A stretch of DNA of 64,000 bases from Candidatus Sericytochromatia bacterium (GTDB taxonomy: Bacteria; Cyanobacteriota; Sericytochromatia; S15B-MN24; VGJW01), in contig JAYKHS010000030.1 in the NCBI GenBank assembly GCA_035285865.1, forward strand, positions 32,001 to 96,000, given 5' to 3'. Below, one piece after another: positions 48,385 to 58,313 of the stretch. Below the pieces are notes generated by a model that was not told the DNA's origin, searched no databases, and saw only the letters and a list, made by a program, of their open reading frames with translations. Each line of letters begins with the position of its first letter. Positions within the stretch are counted from its first letter, which is position 1. Both the position numbers and the translations under genes were made by a program.

Positions 48385-48826
48385 GGGATCGGTTCCTTTC
48401 TTGTCGGTCGCGTCGGTCCAGGTAGCCCTGAAGAATGACCATCGCGGCCTGCTGGTCGATGACCTCCCGCCTCCGGGATCTCGGCACATCAGCCGCGATC
48501 AGGACGCGCTCGGCGATCTTGGTGGTGAAGCGTTCGTCCTCGTGGATGACCTCGAAGCCGAGGTCGATCAGGCGGTCGGTGAAGGTGGTCAGCGATTCGG
48601 CCTGTGGGCCCGTCGTGCCTGCCAACGTCCGGGGGAAGCCTATCACGAGCGTTCGGGACTGGTAAAGGTCCGCGATCTGCTGGACCTCGGCAAGGTCCTT
48701 GGCCAGGTTGCGACGTTCGATGACGCCCGCCCCCTGGGCCGTCCAGCCGAAGGGATCCGAGACCGCAACGCCGATGCGACGGGTCCCAACATCAAGCCCG
48801 ACGATCCTGGGCCGAGGCTCCGTCAT
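48356..48826 (-). CDS. ruvX: YqgF/RuvX pre-16S rRNA nuclease
   Basis: GLDVGTRRIGVAVSD, DERFTT, IDQQAA.VILQGYLD. Confidence 0.95.
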   Translation of the reverse strand: MTEPRPRIVGLDVGTRRIGVAVSDPFGWTAQGAGVIERRNLAKDLAEVQQIADLYQSRTLVIGFPRTLAGTTGPQAESLTTFTDRLIDLGFEVIHEDERFTTKIAERVLIAADVPRSRRREVIDQQAAMVILQGYLDRRDRQERNRSHGSGEHPAL

Positions 48827-51213
48827 GGGGCCATCGGCTCCTGGAAGCGGGCGTCCAGTGCCCATGTCCTCCGCGTGGTCCATCGAGCGAGTCCCGCAAG
48901 GCTTCGCGCCACGGGTTGCCTGCCAGCGAGGGCGTCGGCCACGACCTCAACGGGCCGGCCCCCCTTCCCGTAGAGCAGCACGGCCTCCTCGGTTTTCAGG
49001 CCCGTACGCTCGGCCAGCCACGCCCGGGCCTCGTCGAGACCGCCCAGAGCATCGACGAGGCCGAGGTCGCGAGCCTGTCGTCCGGTGTAGACCCGGCCCG
49101 ATGCCAGCTTCTCGACCTCTGCGAAATCCTTTTTGCGAGCCTGGGCCACCAGGTCGAGGAAGCGCCTGTAGGTATGTTGGACCGAATCCTCGAGCAGCCG
49201 ACGTTCATCCGGCGTGAAGGGCCGGGCCGCAGTATCGGCGGCCGCAAGGCGACCTTCCTGCACGCCGTCGGTGCTCACGCCGATGCGGTTCATCAGGCCG
49301 CCGAAGCTGAACTTGCCGGCGAAGACTCCGATGCTGCCCGTGATCGACCCGGGTTCCGCAAGGATGTAGGGAGCGCCACAGGCCACCCAGTAACCTCCGG
49401 AAGCTGCCACGGGACCGATGCTGACGACCACGGGCTTGGCGGCAGCCAGTCGTTCGACGGCCCTGCGGATCTCCTCCGCGGCATCGGCGTCCCCTCCGGG
49501 CGACTCGATCCTGAGGACCACGCCCGAGATGCCATCCTCCTTGCGTGCCTGGTCGATGACATCCACCGCATCCGCAGCCCCGAGCACCTGACCCATCAAC
49601 AGGTCCGATCCCGAGCGGCCGGACGCCATCGTCCCCTGCAGGGTGATGATGGCCATTCGCGGGCGTGACCAGACCGGGTCCGCCGGCACTCGAGCCAGCA
49701 GCGTCTCCGTTTCATGGACGCCTGCAGCCTTGCAGAGCCGCGCTTCGATTTCATCGGGATAGCCGGTGCCGTCGGCCAGATTCCCCGATTGGTCCGCCCG
49801 CAGCAGGCCTTGGTCCATCATGGTTCGCAGGCGCTCTGACGTAAGGCCCCGCGCGGTGGCAAGGCCGTCGAGGATCTGGTTCGCGTGGTCTTTGAGGAGG
49901 GTCGCCATCTGCTCCCGGGCGCCTTCCGACAGGCGATTGCGCAGGTAGGGTTCCACGGCAGACTTGTAGGGACCTGTGGCGACGAAATCGGCATGCACGC
50001 CGATCTGCCGGAACAGGTCCCCGAACAGCAGGATCTCGTCGGCAAATCCGGAGATATCCAGTTGGGCGCCAGGGGCGAGGAACACCTGGTCTGCCGCAGA
50101 CGCGAGGTACAGCTCAGGGAGGCCACCACCCGAGACGTGGGCCACCAGCTTCTTGCCTCGGCCACGGAATCGGGCCAAGGCATCTCGCAGTTCTTGGAGC
50201 TCGCCAAGCGACAGGTCGAGCGGATCGATCCGCAGGAAAAGACCGTGGACCTCGGTATCCCGTCCATTGCGTTCGAGTGCTTCCAGCAGAGTGGCCGTCG
50301 CCGGCCTCGGTGGCTGGGCCTGCAACAGCCCGACAAGGCCGCCCGAGGGCTGCAAGCTGCCTCCAAGACGCGCCGCCAGCACCACCTTGTCCGGCCAGAC
50401 GGCTGAAGGGGCAGGTCTGTCCACGTACCGCCATCCCGCGGCTCCGGTCGTGCCAAGTGCCGCATCCCCGTCGACGACGGCGCTCAGGCGATGGCGCCCA
50501 TGTCCCAGCGTCACGCCCAGACGCAATTCATCGATGGCCGTTGCGGGCAGGGACAGATCCCTCCCCACTTGCGCCAGCAACTCCAGGCCTGGGGCCAGAG
50601 ACCACTGGAGGCTCGCGGAGGTCCGGCCCCGATCCAACTGACCACCCGCCCACGCGTGGTCGGTGCTCAGTGTGAGGCGTTCATCCCACGGGCGCCACGC
50701 CACGCCGAACTGTTCGGTCGAGGGCCCTGCAAGCGTCCCCGTGAGACCGCGATGGGCATAGCCCAGCGACCACGAGGTTCCGGGGCGCCACAGCAGCCCC
50801 AGATCAAGATCCTGCCCTGCCACCCCGGCTTGCCGGCCCAGGCGCCACGTCGCACCCGCCTGCAGGCCCGAGGACAGGGGTACGAGGGTGTGGATGCCGG
50901 CTTCATCCGATTGCCGAACACCATTGCGCTGACGCAGCGACAGACCGAAACCTCCACCGGCGAAGCCTGCGCCAGTTGCGCCTCGGCCGTTGGCGAGGAT
51001 GCCAAACTCGGTCGCACCATCCATGGTCAGGGCGGCCGGATTGAGCCACGCCGCCATCAGTCCGTCCGCGCCGGCAACCGTGCGCGCACCCAGCGTCTCG
51101 GGCAGGTCCTGTACGGCGGCGTTGGCTGGCATGGGCCCGGTAACGACAGTGCCAGCCAGCACCAGGGCGAGCCAGCGTCCGGAGTCAGACAATGAGACGG
51201 CCGGCTTGTGCAT
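48823..51213 (-). CDS. sppA: Signal peptide peptidase SppA (tandem S49) with long N-terminal beta-rich extension
   Basis: LYLASAAD, GPYKSAVEP, RIESPGG, AASGGY, ITGSIGV, GRVYTG. Confidence 0.9.
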   Translation of the reverse strand: MHKPAVSLSDSGRWLALVLAGTVVTGPMPANAAVQDLPETLGARTVAGADGLMAAWLNPAALTMDGATEFGILANGRGATGAGFAGGGFGLSLRQRNGVRQSDEAGIHTLVPLSSGLQAGATWRLGRQAGVAGQDLDLGLLWRPGTSWSLGYAHRGLTGTLAGPSTEQFGVAWRPWDERLTLSTDHAWAGGQLDRGRTSASLQWSLAPGLELLAQVGRDLSLPATAIDELRLGVTLGHGRHRLSAVVDGDAALGTTGAAGWRYVDRPAPSAVWPDKVVLAARLGGSLQPSGGLVGLLQAQPPRPATATLLEALERNGRDTEVHGLFLRIDPLDLSLGELQELRDALARFRGRGKKLVAHVSGGGLPELYLASAADQVFLAPGAQLDISGFADEILLFGDLFRQIGVHADFVATGPYKSAVEPYLRNRLSEGAREQMATLLKDHANQILDGLATARGLTSERLRTMMDQGLLRADQSGNLADGTGYPDEIEARLCKAAGVHETETLLARVPADPVWSRPRMAIITLQGTMASGRSGSDLLMGQVLGAADAVDVIDQARKEDGISGVVLRIESPGGDADAAEEIRRAVERLAAAKPVVVSIGPVAASGGYWVACGAPYILAEPGSITGSIGVFAGKFSFGGLMNRIGVSTDGVQEGRLAAADTAARPFTPDERRLLEDSVQHTYRRFLDLVAQARKKDFAEVEKLASGRVYTGRQARDLGLVDALGGLDEARAWLAERTGLKTEEAVLLYGKGGRPVEVVADALAGRQPVARSLAGLARWTTRRTWALDARFQEPMAP

Positions 51214-51544
51214 GCAATTTCTCCTCGGTCGCGGCGTTGGCCGGACAGCCTTCATTGCGACAACGGGTGCAGATGGCCTCGTCCTGCCACGTCTGCGTCG
51301 CCAGCACCAAGGTGACGTGCGTGCGCTCCGAGACCACGGCCGCTCGGGCACGCGCTGCTTCAGGCAGCCCGGTCTTCAGGAACCACACCGGACAGTGCTT
51401 GCCTGCGCGGCCCGCCGCATCCCGAGGCCAAGTCTCGACGGGATACCAACCGGATGCTCCGAAAGGTCCGTCTACCCTGAGGCCATCTCCGCCCGGCGCG
51501 GGCTCGTCCGCAGCCAAGGTGATGCACGCGGTCTCAGGAGTCAT
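51185..51544 (-). CDS. Hypothetical protein with CxxC-x4-C motif
   Basis: GGAGG RBS; overlaps both neighbours within the operon. Confidence 0.55.
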   Translation of the reverse strand: MTPETACITLAADEPAPGGDGLRVDGPFGASGWYPVETWPRDAAGRAGKHCPVWFLKTGLPEAARARAAVVSERTHVTLVLATQTWQDEAICTRCRNEGCPANAATEEKLHAQAGRLIV

Positions 51545-52727
51545 GTCCACCCTCCACGACGGCCCAGACACACTTCAGGTACCGGGACTCGGGTGATCCG
51601 GGCAGGCTCGGATGGTCGGGGCCGGGGCCCGTGACGTCGACGACCCGAATCCTTCTTCCGGCATCCACGGCAGCGGCAGCCAGCACCTCGAGGAAGGTTT
51701 CCGTGTCCATGTGGTGCGAACACGAGCTCGTGACCAGCAAGCCACCCGGTTGGACCATCGACAGGCCGCGCAGGTTGATCTCCTTGTAGCCTCGGATGGC
51801 ACCCGGGATGGATGCCTTGTTCTTGGTGAATGCGGGCGGATCGAGCACGACGATGTCGAATCGATCCCCACGCTTCTGCATCAGGCGCAGGTGGTCGAAG
51901 GCATTGTCCTCGACCCACTGGCAGACTTCGTCGACCTGGTTCTCCCGGGCGTTGCGACGAGCCAGTTCCACGGCATCGGCTGCGATGTCGATACCGGTGA
52001 CCATGCGGGCCCCGGCCTTGGCCGCCGGCATCGAGAAGCCGCCCGAGTAGCAGAATGCGTTGAGGACCGTGCGACCGGCCGCGAAGGTCGCCAGCCTGGC
52101 CCTGTTGGGGCGCTGATCCAGGAAGAATCCGGTTTTTTGGCCGCCCAGCAAATCCACGTGATAAGCTACCCCGTTCTCCGTGATGCGGACCGTGCCCTCC
52201 GGCGCCACGCCAGCGAGGAGGCCATTGCGGGGCTCGAGTCCCTCGAGCTTGCGGGCGAATCCTTCGCTGCGCTCGATGATGCCCCGGGGCTGGAGCAGGT
52301 CCTGAAGGGCAGCCACAATTCCCGGCAGCAACTGGTCGCTACCCCACGACATCGACTGGACGACCAGCCAGTCGCCATAGCGGTCCACCACGAGGGCCGG
52401 CAGGCCGTCCGCTTCACCGTGCACGAGGCGCCACGCCTCGGCATCGGGAAGCCACGACTTGCGCAAGGCCAGAGCCTCGTCGAGCCGACGCCTGATCCAC
52501 CCGGGCTCCGTCGTGTCCCGGCTGCCGCCATGCATCCGCAGACACAGGCCGGTTGCAGGATTGTAGCTGGCCACACCGAGCGGCCGCCCCTTGCGATCCA
52601 GCACGTCGACCCATCCCGCGATATCGATGTCGGCGTGCGCCACGTCCGCCCCAAATACCCAAGGGTGCCCCTGCCGAAGGCGATCTTCGCCCTTCCGCGT
52701 CAGGACGACGGTGGGGCGGCCCGTCAT
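51534..52727 (-). CDS. rlmI: SAM-dependent rRNA methyltransferase (RlmI-like)
   Basis: GHPWVF PUA domain, GEADGLP.LVVDRY, GQKTGFFLDQR, LDPPAF, SSCS, YLK. Confidence 0.9.
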   Translation of the reverse strand: MTGRPTVVLTRKGEDRLRQGHPWVFGADVAHADIDIAGWVDVLDRKGRPLGVASYNPATGLCLRMHGGSRDTTEPGWIRRRLDEALALRKSWLPDAEAWRLVHGEADGLPALVVDRYGDWLVVQSMSWGSDQLLPGIVAALQDLLQPRGIIERSEGFARKLEGLEPRNGLLAGVAPEGTVRITENGVAYHVDLLGGQKTGFFLDQRPNRARLATFAAGRTVLNAFCYSGGFSMPAAKAGARMVTGIDIAADAVELARRNARENQVDEVCQWVEDNAFDHLRLMQKRGDRFDIVVLDPPAFTKNKASIPGAIRGYKEINLRGLSMVQPGGLLVTSSCSHHMDTETFLEVLAAAAVDAGRRIRVVDVTGPGPDHPSLPGSPESRYLKCVWAVVEGGHDS

Positions 52728-54052
52728 CGGGTGGACTCCGCAGGGATCGGTCCACCCAGGTCCATGAACAGAAGTCCCGTAGGGACCTTCGGGTCGAAGA
52801 ACGTCGATTTCTGGGGCATCACGGCCCCTTCTGCCGCGACGTCGGCGACTTCGGAGGCTGTCGGACGGGGCAGCAGGAAGCCGGCCCCAAAGGAACCTGA
52901 CTCCAGGCCGATGAGGACTTCGTGCGCTTCGCGGGTGTAGGTCAGATCGCCGCCTTTTGCCCACTGGGCCTCGGTCATGCCGAGGACAGGGGCCAGCAGT
53001 CCGTGGTGCAGTTGCACCACGGCCAGACGCGCGAGGGATGCCTTGCCTGTCCTGGCTGCCAGGTCGTCGCGCAGGGCGGCGCGGGGCACCAGCGTCCAGC
53101 GGCGCTTCTCGCCCGGTAGGAGCAGGCCGATGGCCCCACGGTCCGTCAGTTCGTCGACCCACGCTTCGAGGGAAGCTTCCACGGCCTTGTCCGAGGTGTC
53201 CCACGCTTCCTCCGTGACGGAGAACCCGGATTCCAGTTCAGGCAACCATTCGGCCGCCGCGGGCAAGGTTCCCTTGAGCAGGCGATGCGTCGGCAGGACC
53301 GCCAAGGCCGGGTCTTCCATCCGCAGGACGCACACGAAGGCGCTGGCCCAAGGGGCTTCGGAACTCCCATCGGCCAGACGATCGCGTTCGGCTCCGTAGG
53401 CGAGGGCGGTTTCATAGCGGTGATGCCCGTCGGCAACCGTCAGGGGGCGGTCTCCCAGCAGGCGGAGGATGCGGTCCTGCAGCGCTCCCGGGGTAATGGT
53501 CCACAGCTCATGCCGATCGTCTCCGTCGCTGCACGCCAAGGCCGGCGGGCTGTCCGTCATGACCTGTTTCCACAGGTTCAGCACGGATTGATCCTCATCC
53601 CGGAAGAGCAGCATGACCGGGCTCGTCGAGATGCCAACATGGCGGAAGAGCAACAGACGGTCTGCCTTGGGGCCATTGAGCGTACGCTCATGCGGACGGA
53701 CGGACTCGCCCCAGGGTTCCAGGCCGAGCCCTGCGAACAAGCCGAGGCGCGCTCCCCGTGGCGTCGTGTGCCGATGCAGGTACAGGCATGCCTGCTCTTC
53801 CTGCGCGACGATTCCGGCTTCCCGCCATTCGGCCAGCGTCCTCGCGGCTCTGTGGTAGCGGTTCACACGGGCGTCGTCCCCTTCCATGTCCCGGCCAAGT
53901 TCCAGGCGGATCGCGTTCTGCGGATGGCGCAGGTGAAGCCGGACTTGCTCCTGCTGTGCGATCACGTCGTACGGGGGGCACAGGACCGCGGCGAGATCCC
54001 CGACAAGGGGTTCCGCGTATCGCAACGCCCGGAAGGGGCGGATGTCCGGCAT
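52724..54052 (-). CDS. DUF1015 family protein
   Basis: IRPFRALRY, PPYDVI, PHERT, ADGHHRYET, MPQKSTFF.PK. Confidence 0.93.
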   Translation of the reverse strand: MPDIRPFRALRYAEPLVGDLAAVLCPPYDVIAQQEQVRLHLRHPQNAIRLELGRDMEGDDARVNRYHRAARTLAEWREAGIVAQEEQACLYLHRHTTPRGARLGLFAGLGLEPWGESVRPHERTLNGPKADRLLLFRHVGISTSPVMLLFRDEDQSVLNLWKQVMTDSPPALACSDGDDRHELWTITPGALQDRILRLLGDRPLTVADGHHRYETALAYGAERDRLADGSSEAPWASAFVCVLRMEDPALAVLPTHRLLKGTLPAAAEWLPELESGFSVTEEAWDTSDKAVEASLEAWVDELTDRGAIGLLLPGEKRRWTLVPRAALRDDLAARTGKASLARLAVVQLHHGLLAPVLGMTEAQWAKGGDLTYTREAHEVLIGLESGSFGAGFLLPRPTASEVADVAAEGAVMPQKSTFFDPKVPTGLLFMDLGGPIPAESTR

Positions 54053-54090
54053 AGAGGAAGCCTCCGAAGCCAACATCCTAGCACCTGTCG

Positions 54091-54150
54091 CATGAGCCGG
54101 TTCATGTGATCCATGTCGCACATGATTTCATGTCCATATGTCACGATGTT
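54091..54150. repeat. Cluster of CATG/ATGT repeats in divergent promoter
   Basis: CATG at 54091, 54103, 54112, 54121, 54129; ATGT at 54138, 54146. Confidence 0.75.
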
Positions 54151-54156
54151 GCTGAA

Positions 54157-54519
54157 ATGGGTCAGATTCTGCACGGCAGCTTCCGCTTTCCGCCCTATGT
54201 CGCTCGGGTGTTCGTGGTCGCCGCTTTCGCCCTGTTCCTGTATCAGATCCTGATGGCGGCGAGACAGTTCGTGGATCTGCTGCAGGTTTCCCACCGCTAC
54301 GCGCGCGAGGAGCAGCAGCTGGAAGAGCGCTGGCAGACGGTTCGACGGGACCTGGAGCGTGCCCGGGATGCGCGTGGGGTTTTGCGCGTTGCGCGCAGGG
54401 ATCTCGTCATGGTACGCCCGGGCGAGGTGCCGGTGGTGTTCCAGGAGGGAGTCCGGGGCCACGTCATGGACGTGCCTTCCGCGGCGGCCACGCCCCGGGC
54501 AAACGCCGGCAAGGACTAG
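54157..54519 (+). CDS. FtsB/DivIC-like septum formation initiator
   Basis: Single TM, coiled coil, ARRDLVMVRPGE. Confidence 0.7.
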   Translation: MGQILHGSFRFPPYVARVFVVAAFALFLYQILMAARQFVDLLQVSHRYAREEQQLEERWQTVRRDLERARDARGVLRVARRDLVMVRPGEVPVVFQEGVRGHVMDVPSAAATPRANAGKD

Positions 54520-54561
54520 CGGATCGGGGAGGTATCATGGGGACCTGAAGGGAGGTCCTCG

Positions 54562-55956
54562 ATGCCGACGACCACCGCGTGGCAGCCTGCGCTGGACCGG
54601 AACACGGTTCGCGATGTCCTCGCCGAGGCCGTGTCCTGTGGGGCCGGCTTCGCGGAGCTTTTTCTCGAGGACACGCGTTCGCGCCGCATCGCACTCATCG
54701 ATCAACGCATCAAGGACGTCTCCTCGGCCCACGCCTTCGGGGTCGGCCTGCGGATCGTCCGTGGCCATCGCGCGACCTACGGTTTCACGAGCGACACCTC
54801 CCGGCCGTCCCTGATGGCCTTGGCTCGTGCTCTCGCGACGTCGGATCCCGGAGCTGGGCAGGTGGTGCCCGCGCCATTCACGGTGCCCGCGATCGACCTC
54901 GGGGGAGACGCGGACTGGGATGCCGCTGCACGGGTGGACCTGCTCCGGCGTGCGGACCGCGCGGCCCGCGCCCGCGACGCCCGCATCGCCCAGGTCGAGG
55001 CTTCCATCGAAGAGAACACGCAACGGGTGCTTGTGGCCAATACCGAGGGTGTCTGGGTCACTGAGGCACGGCCATATGCCCGCATGTTCATCCAGGCCAT
55101 CGCGGCCGAGGGGGGCAGCCAGCAGGTGGCGTCCCGCTCTCCCGGCCGCGCCGAGGGAGCCACCTTCCTGTTGGGCCTCGATGTCGAGGCCTTGGCGGAG
55201 GATGCAGCCGAGGCTGCCGCGGTCATGCTGGCGGCTGACCACTGCCCCGCCGGGCGGATGCCGGTCATCATCGACAAGGGTTTCGGCGGGGTCATCTTCC
55301 ACGAGGCCTGCGGCCACTTGCTCGAGACTACATCGGTGGCGCCGGGTGCCTCGATCTTCGCAGGTCGTCTCGGCGAGGAAATTGCCCATCCCGCCGTGAC
55401 GGCCATCGATGACGGCACGCTTGTCGGCGAGTGGGGTTCCATCGGCCACGACGACGAGGGCATGCCGACACAGCGGACGGTCCTGATTCGCGAGGGCCGC
55501 CTCGAGGCCTATCTCGCTGATCGCATCGGCTCCGAACGTGTCGGGGTACCTCGGTCCGGCTCAGGTCGCCGACAGAGCTACCGATTTGCCCCGGCGTCAC
55601 GCATGCGCAACACGTTCATTGCCCCCGGGGACGCTTCCCTCGAGGAGCTCATCGCCGACGTTCCCTATGGCCTCTATGCGCGGCGGATGGGCGGTGGCTC
55701 GGTGGTGCCGGGGACGGGCGACTTCAACTTCTCGGTTCGCGAGGCTTTCATCATTCGCGACGGACGCCTTGCCGAGCCCGTGCGCGGGGCGACGTTGCTG
55801 GGCAATGGTGCGGATATCCTGAAGCGAATCAGCAGGGTCGGCAAGGACCTTGAACTGGCAGCCGGGATGTGCGGCTCCATCAGTGGCAGCATTCCGGTCA
55901 ACGTGGGACAACCCCCGCTGCGCGTCGACGAGATCACGGTCGGAGGTCGGTCATGA
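54562..55956 (+). CDS. tldD: Metalloprotease TldD
   Basis: FHEACGHLLE, DDEG, GSGRRQSY, RMRNT, GMCG. Confidence 0.93.
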   Translation: MPTTTAWQPALDRNTVRDVLAEAVSCGAGFAELFLEDTRSRRIALIDQRIKDVSSAHAFGVGLRIVRGHRATYGFTSDTSRPSLMALARALATSDPGAGQVVPAPFTVPAIDLGGDADWDAAARVDLLRRADRAARARDARIAQVEASIEENTQRVLVANTEGVWVTEARPYARMFIQAIAAEGGSQQVASRSPGRAEGATFLLGLDVEALAEDAAEAAAVMLAADHCPAGRMPVIIDKGFGGVIFHEACGHLLETTSVAPGASIFAGRLGEEIAHPAVTAIDDGTLVGEWGSIGHDDEGMPTQRTVLIREGRLEAYLADRIGSERVGVPRSGSGRRQSYRFAPASRMRNTFIAPGDASLEELIADVPYGLYARRMGGGSVVPGTGDFNFSVREAFIIRDGRLAEPVRGATLLGNGADILKRISRVGKDLELAAGMCGSISGSIPVNVGQPPLRVDEITVGGRS

Positions 55957-57332
55957 GCATGTCCCCGGTTGCGGCGGAGCATCCGTGGCTCGGGGCCTCG
56001 GGCGATGCCCTCGTCGAGGCCGGTCTCGCCGAAGCGCGTCGGCTCGGTGTGGGTGTCGAGATCTATCTGGCGGCATCACGATCGACCCAGGTCCGGGTGC
56101 AGGAAGGCAAGGTGGAAAGCTTCACCGTTGCCGACTCTCGAGGAGCGGGCGTGCGTGTCTTCCGCGACGGGCGCATCGGCGTGGCCTCAACCGAGGTCAC
56201 GGAGCCCGGGGCGTTGCGCGAGGCCGTGGCCGAGGCTGCGGCCATCACGGAGTGGCTCGAGCCCATGGCCGGTCAGGATCTGCCCGACATCACGGGAGAG
56301 TTGCCCCAACTCGATCTCTCCTCGGCGTCGCTGCGCCGCGTCTCGGTCGAAGACCGCATCGCGCGCGTGCTCGAACTCGACGCACTTGCCCGTGAGGCCG
56401 ACCCGCGGGTCAAGACCGTGGTGGGCGCCTCCTGGGGCGACGTGGCCGCGCACATGCGCATCGTCTCTTCCTCGGGACTCTCCCGTGCATGGTCCTTGGA
56501 TACCGCATGGGCGGCCGTAAGTCCGCTGGTCGCCGATGGCAACCAGACCAAGAACGGCCGCAAGGTCGTCGCAGCCCGTGACTTCGCGGCATTCGTGCCG
56601 GCACGCATGGCCCGGGAGGCCGTGGATGACGGGCTTGCCCAACTCGGAGCCACGGAGATTCCCTCCGGGCGTTATCCCGTCGTCTTCGCGGCCGAGGCGT
56701 GGGCAGACATGCTTGGCGTCTTCGCCGGCCTCTTTTCGGGGAAGGCGGCCGAGGAGGGCAAGTCACTCCTGCGGGGGCGCGAAGGGGAACTGCTTGCGGC
56801 CCCTTGCCTGACCATCGTCGACGACCCGCTGATTCCTGAGGCCATGGCCTCGCGCCCGTGCGATGACGAAGGCTTGCCGTCCCGGGCGCATGACCTGATC
56901 CGCGAGGGGCGACTCGGCGGTCTGCTCCACAATGTCGCGACGGCAGCACGGGCGGGCGTTCGGCCTACGGGTCATGCCGCACGGGCGTCCTACAAGGGTG
57001 GACTCGGTGTCGGGACCAGCAATCTCGTCGTGGCTCCGGGGTCGGAGACGTCGGCAGGATTGCGGGCCGGGGCGTCCGTCATCGAGGTGCGCGACGTGAC
57101 CGGTTTGCATGCCGGTGCCAATGCCATCAGCGGGGACTTCTCCCTGCAGGCCCATGGCCTGTGGCATCGCGAAGGTCACGCGCCAGTTCCCATCCACCTC
57201 TTCACCGTGTCCGGGAACTTCGTCGACATGCTGGCGCAGGTGGAAGCCCTTGGTGCTTCGACCGAGGTCCTGCCGTCCGGAATCATCACGCCCGAGGTCC
57301 GGATCGCCACGCTTTCCGTGGCTGGTACCTGA
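55953..57332 (+). CDS. tldE: TldE/PmbA partner subunit
   Basis: DDEG, TGHA.R, GLHAGANAISGDFS; lacks HExxxH; ATGA overlap with tldD. Confidence 0.9.
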   Translation: MSMSPVAAEHPWLGASGDALVEAGLAEARRLGVGVEIYLAASRSTQVRVQEGKVESFTVADSRGAGVRVFRDGRIGVASTEVTEPGALREAVAEAAAITEWLEPMAGQDLPDITGELPQLDLSSASLRRVSVEDRIARVLELDALAREADPRVKTVVGASWGDVAAHMRIVSSSGLSRAWSLDTAWAAVSPLVADGNQTKNGRKVVAARDFAAFVPARMAREAVDDGLAQLGATEIPSGRYPVVFAAEAWADMLGVFAGLFSGKAAEEGKSLLRGREGELLAAPCLTIVDDPLIPEAMASRPCDDEGLPSRAHDLIREGRLGGLLHNVATAARAGVRPTGHAARASYKGGLGVGTSNLVVAPGSETSAGLRAGASVIEVRDVTGLHAGANAISGDFSLQAHGLWHREGHAPVPIHLFTVSGNFVDMLAQVEALGASTEVLPSGIITPEVRIATLSVAGT

Positions 57333-57341
57333 CCCCGATAG

Positions 57342-58313
57342 TTACCAGGGATCGACGAGGTTGGGGTCCGGAGTACCTGAGGGTGCCTCGCGCGCGATTT
57401 CCGACAGGCCGAGGTACCAGAGGATACGCTTGCGGCTGCTGCCCGGACCTCCTGGCAGCAGTCCGAGCACCGGATCGCCCTCCCGCAGGTTGATGGCCAT
57501 CTGCTGGAGGCCCCAGCGACGGAGCTCTCCGGCCAACCCGCTCAGGAGCAAGGCGATGGCGTCCCATTGATCCGGCTTGTATGCCAGCACCCGGACGTGG
57601 CCTGTATTTCCTCGTGCTCCGGGTCGCCCGGCCGGCCAAGGTGCGTGACGGCCCAGCAGGCTCGAAGCGCTCAGCGCGGCTCGGGTCAGCGGACCCGGCC
57701 CCGGAGCCGCTGACCGATGGAAGGCCCCCGGGGCCCACAAGCCTGCAAGGGCGACCAGCGCGCCGTCACGGCGGACAATGCGAAAGGTGTCCAGATCGAG
57801 GCCCGGACAGAGGGCGAGCCCCTGCTGGAACTGGGCGGCATCGGCCGTGGGCGCGAGCGCCAGGCCCGTGCGGTGGCGTTCGAGATGCATGGCAAGTGCC
57901 TGCACGTCGGTCTCGCTGACGCGATGGATCTTGTGGCCCGGGACGTGCAGCGTGCGCCAGAGCGGCACGCGCCGTACCTGGACGACATGACCCAGCGCCT
58001 GCCACGAATGCGCGCCCGCTGAAGCCGGAGCAGGAGTACCGGCCGCAGCCTCGTGAACGAGTGCATCAAGGCCGAGCTCCGCGGCCTTGGTCATGACGGT
58101 CTCGACGGGAAGGCGACCGGTCAGGTCCCGGATGATGCCGATGCGAATCAGGCGATCCTCATCGTGGCGTGCCTGACGAACGGCAAGGCCCAACGACGCG
58201 TCGCCGTCGGACCAGATCCAGCCGGATCCGGCCAAGCGGTAGGGAAAGCCCGGATCCTGCCAAGGGCTGGCCAGCGCCCCCGCCCCCAGAGGAGCCTCCT
58301 GCCAGGTGCTCAC
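57342..58313 (-). CDS. Hypothetical protein, possibly tandem GNAT-like
   Basis: GTGA overlap with pepA stop; fills gap; no clear motif. Confidence 0.5.
   Translation of the reverse strand: MSTWQEAPLGAGALASPWQDPGFPYRLAGSGWIWSDGDASLGLAVRQARHDEDRLIRIGIIRDLTGRLPVETVMTKAAELGLDALVHEAAAGTPAPASAGAHSWQALGHVVQVRRVPLWRTLHVPGHKIHRVSETDVQALAMHLERHRTGLALAPTADAAQFQQGLALCPGLDLDTFRIVRRDGALVALAGLWAPGAFHRSAAPGPGPLTRAALSASSLLGRHAPWPAGRPGARGNTGHVRVLAYKPDQWDAIALLLSGLAGELRRWGLQQMAINLREGDPVLGLLPGGPGSSRKRILWYLGLSEIAREAPSGTPDPNLVDPW

Noticed and set aside
54562..57332. tldD/tldE as part of a RiPP cluster
   Set aside because: No precursor peptide, YcaO or transporter adjacent; ordinary housekeeping pair
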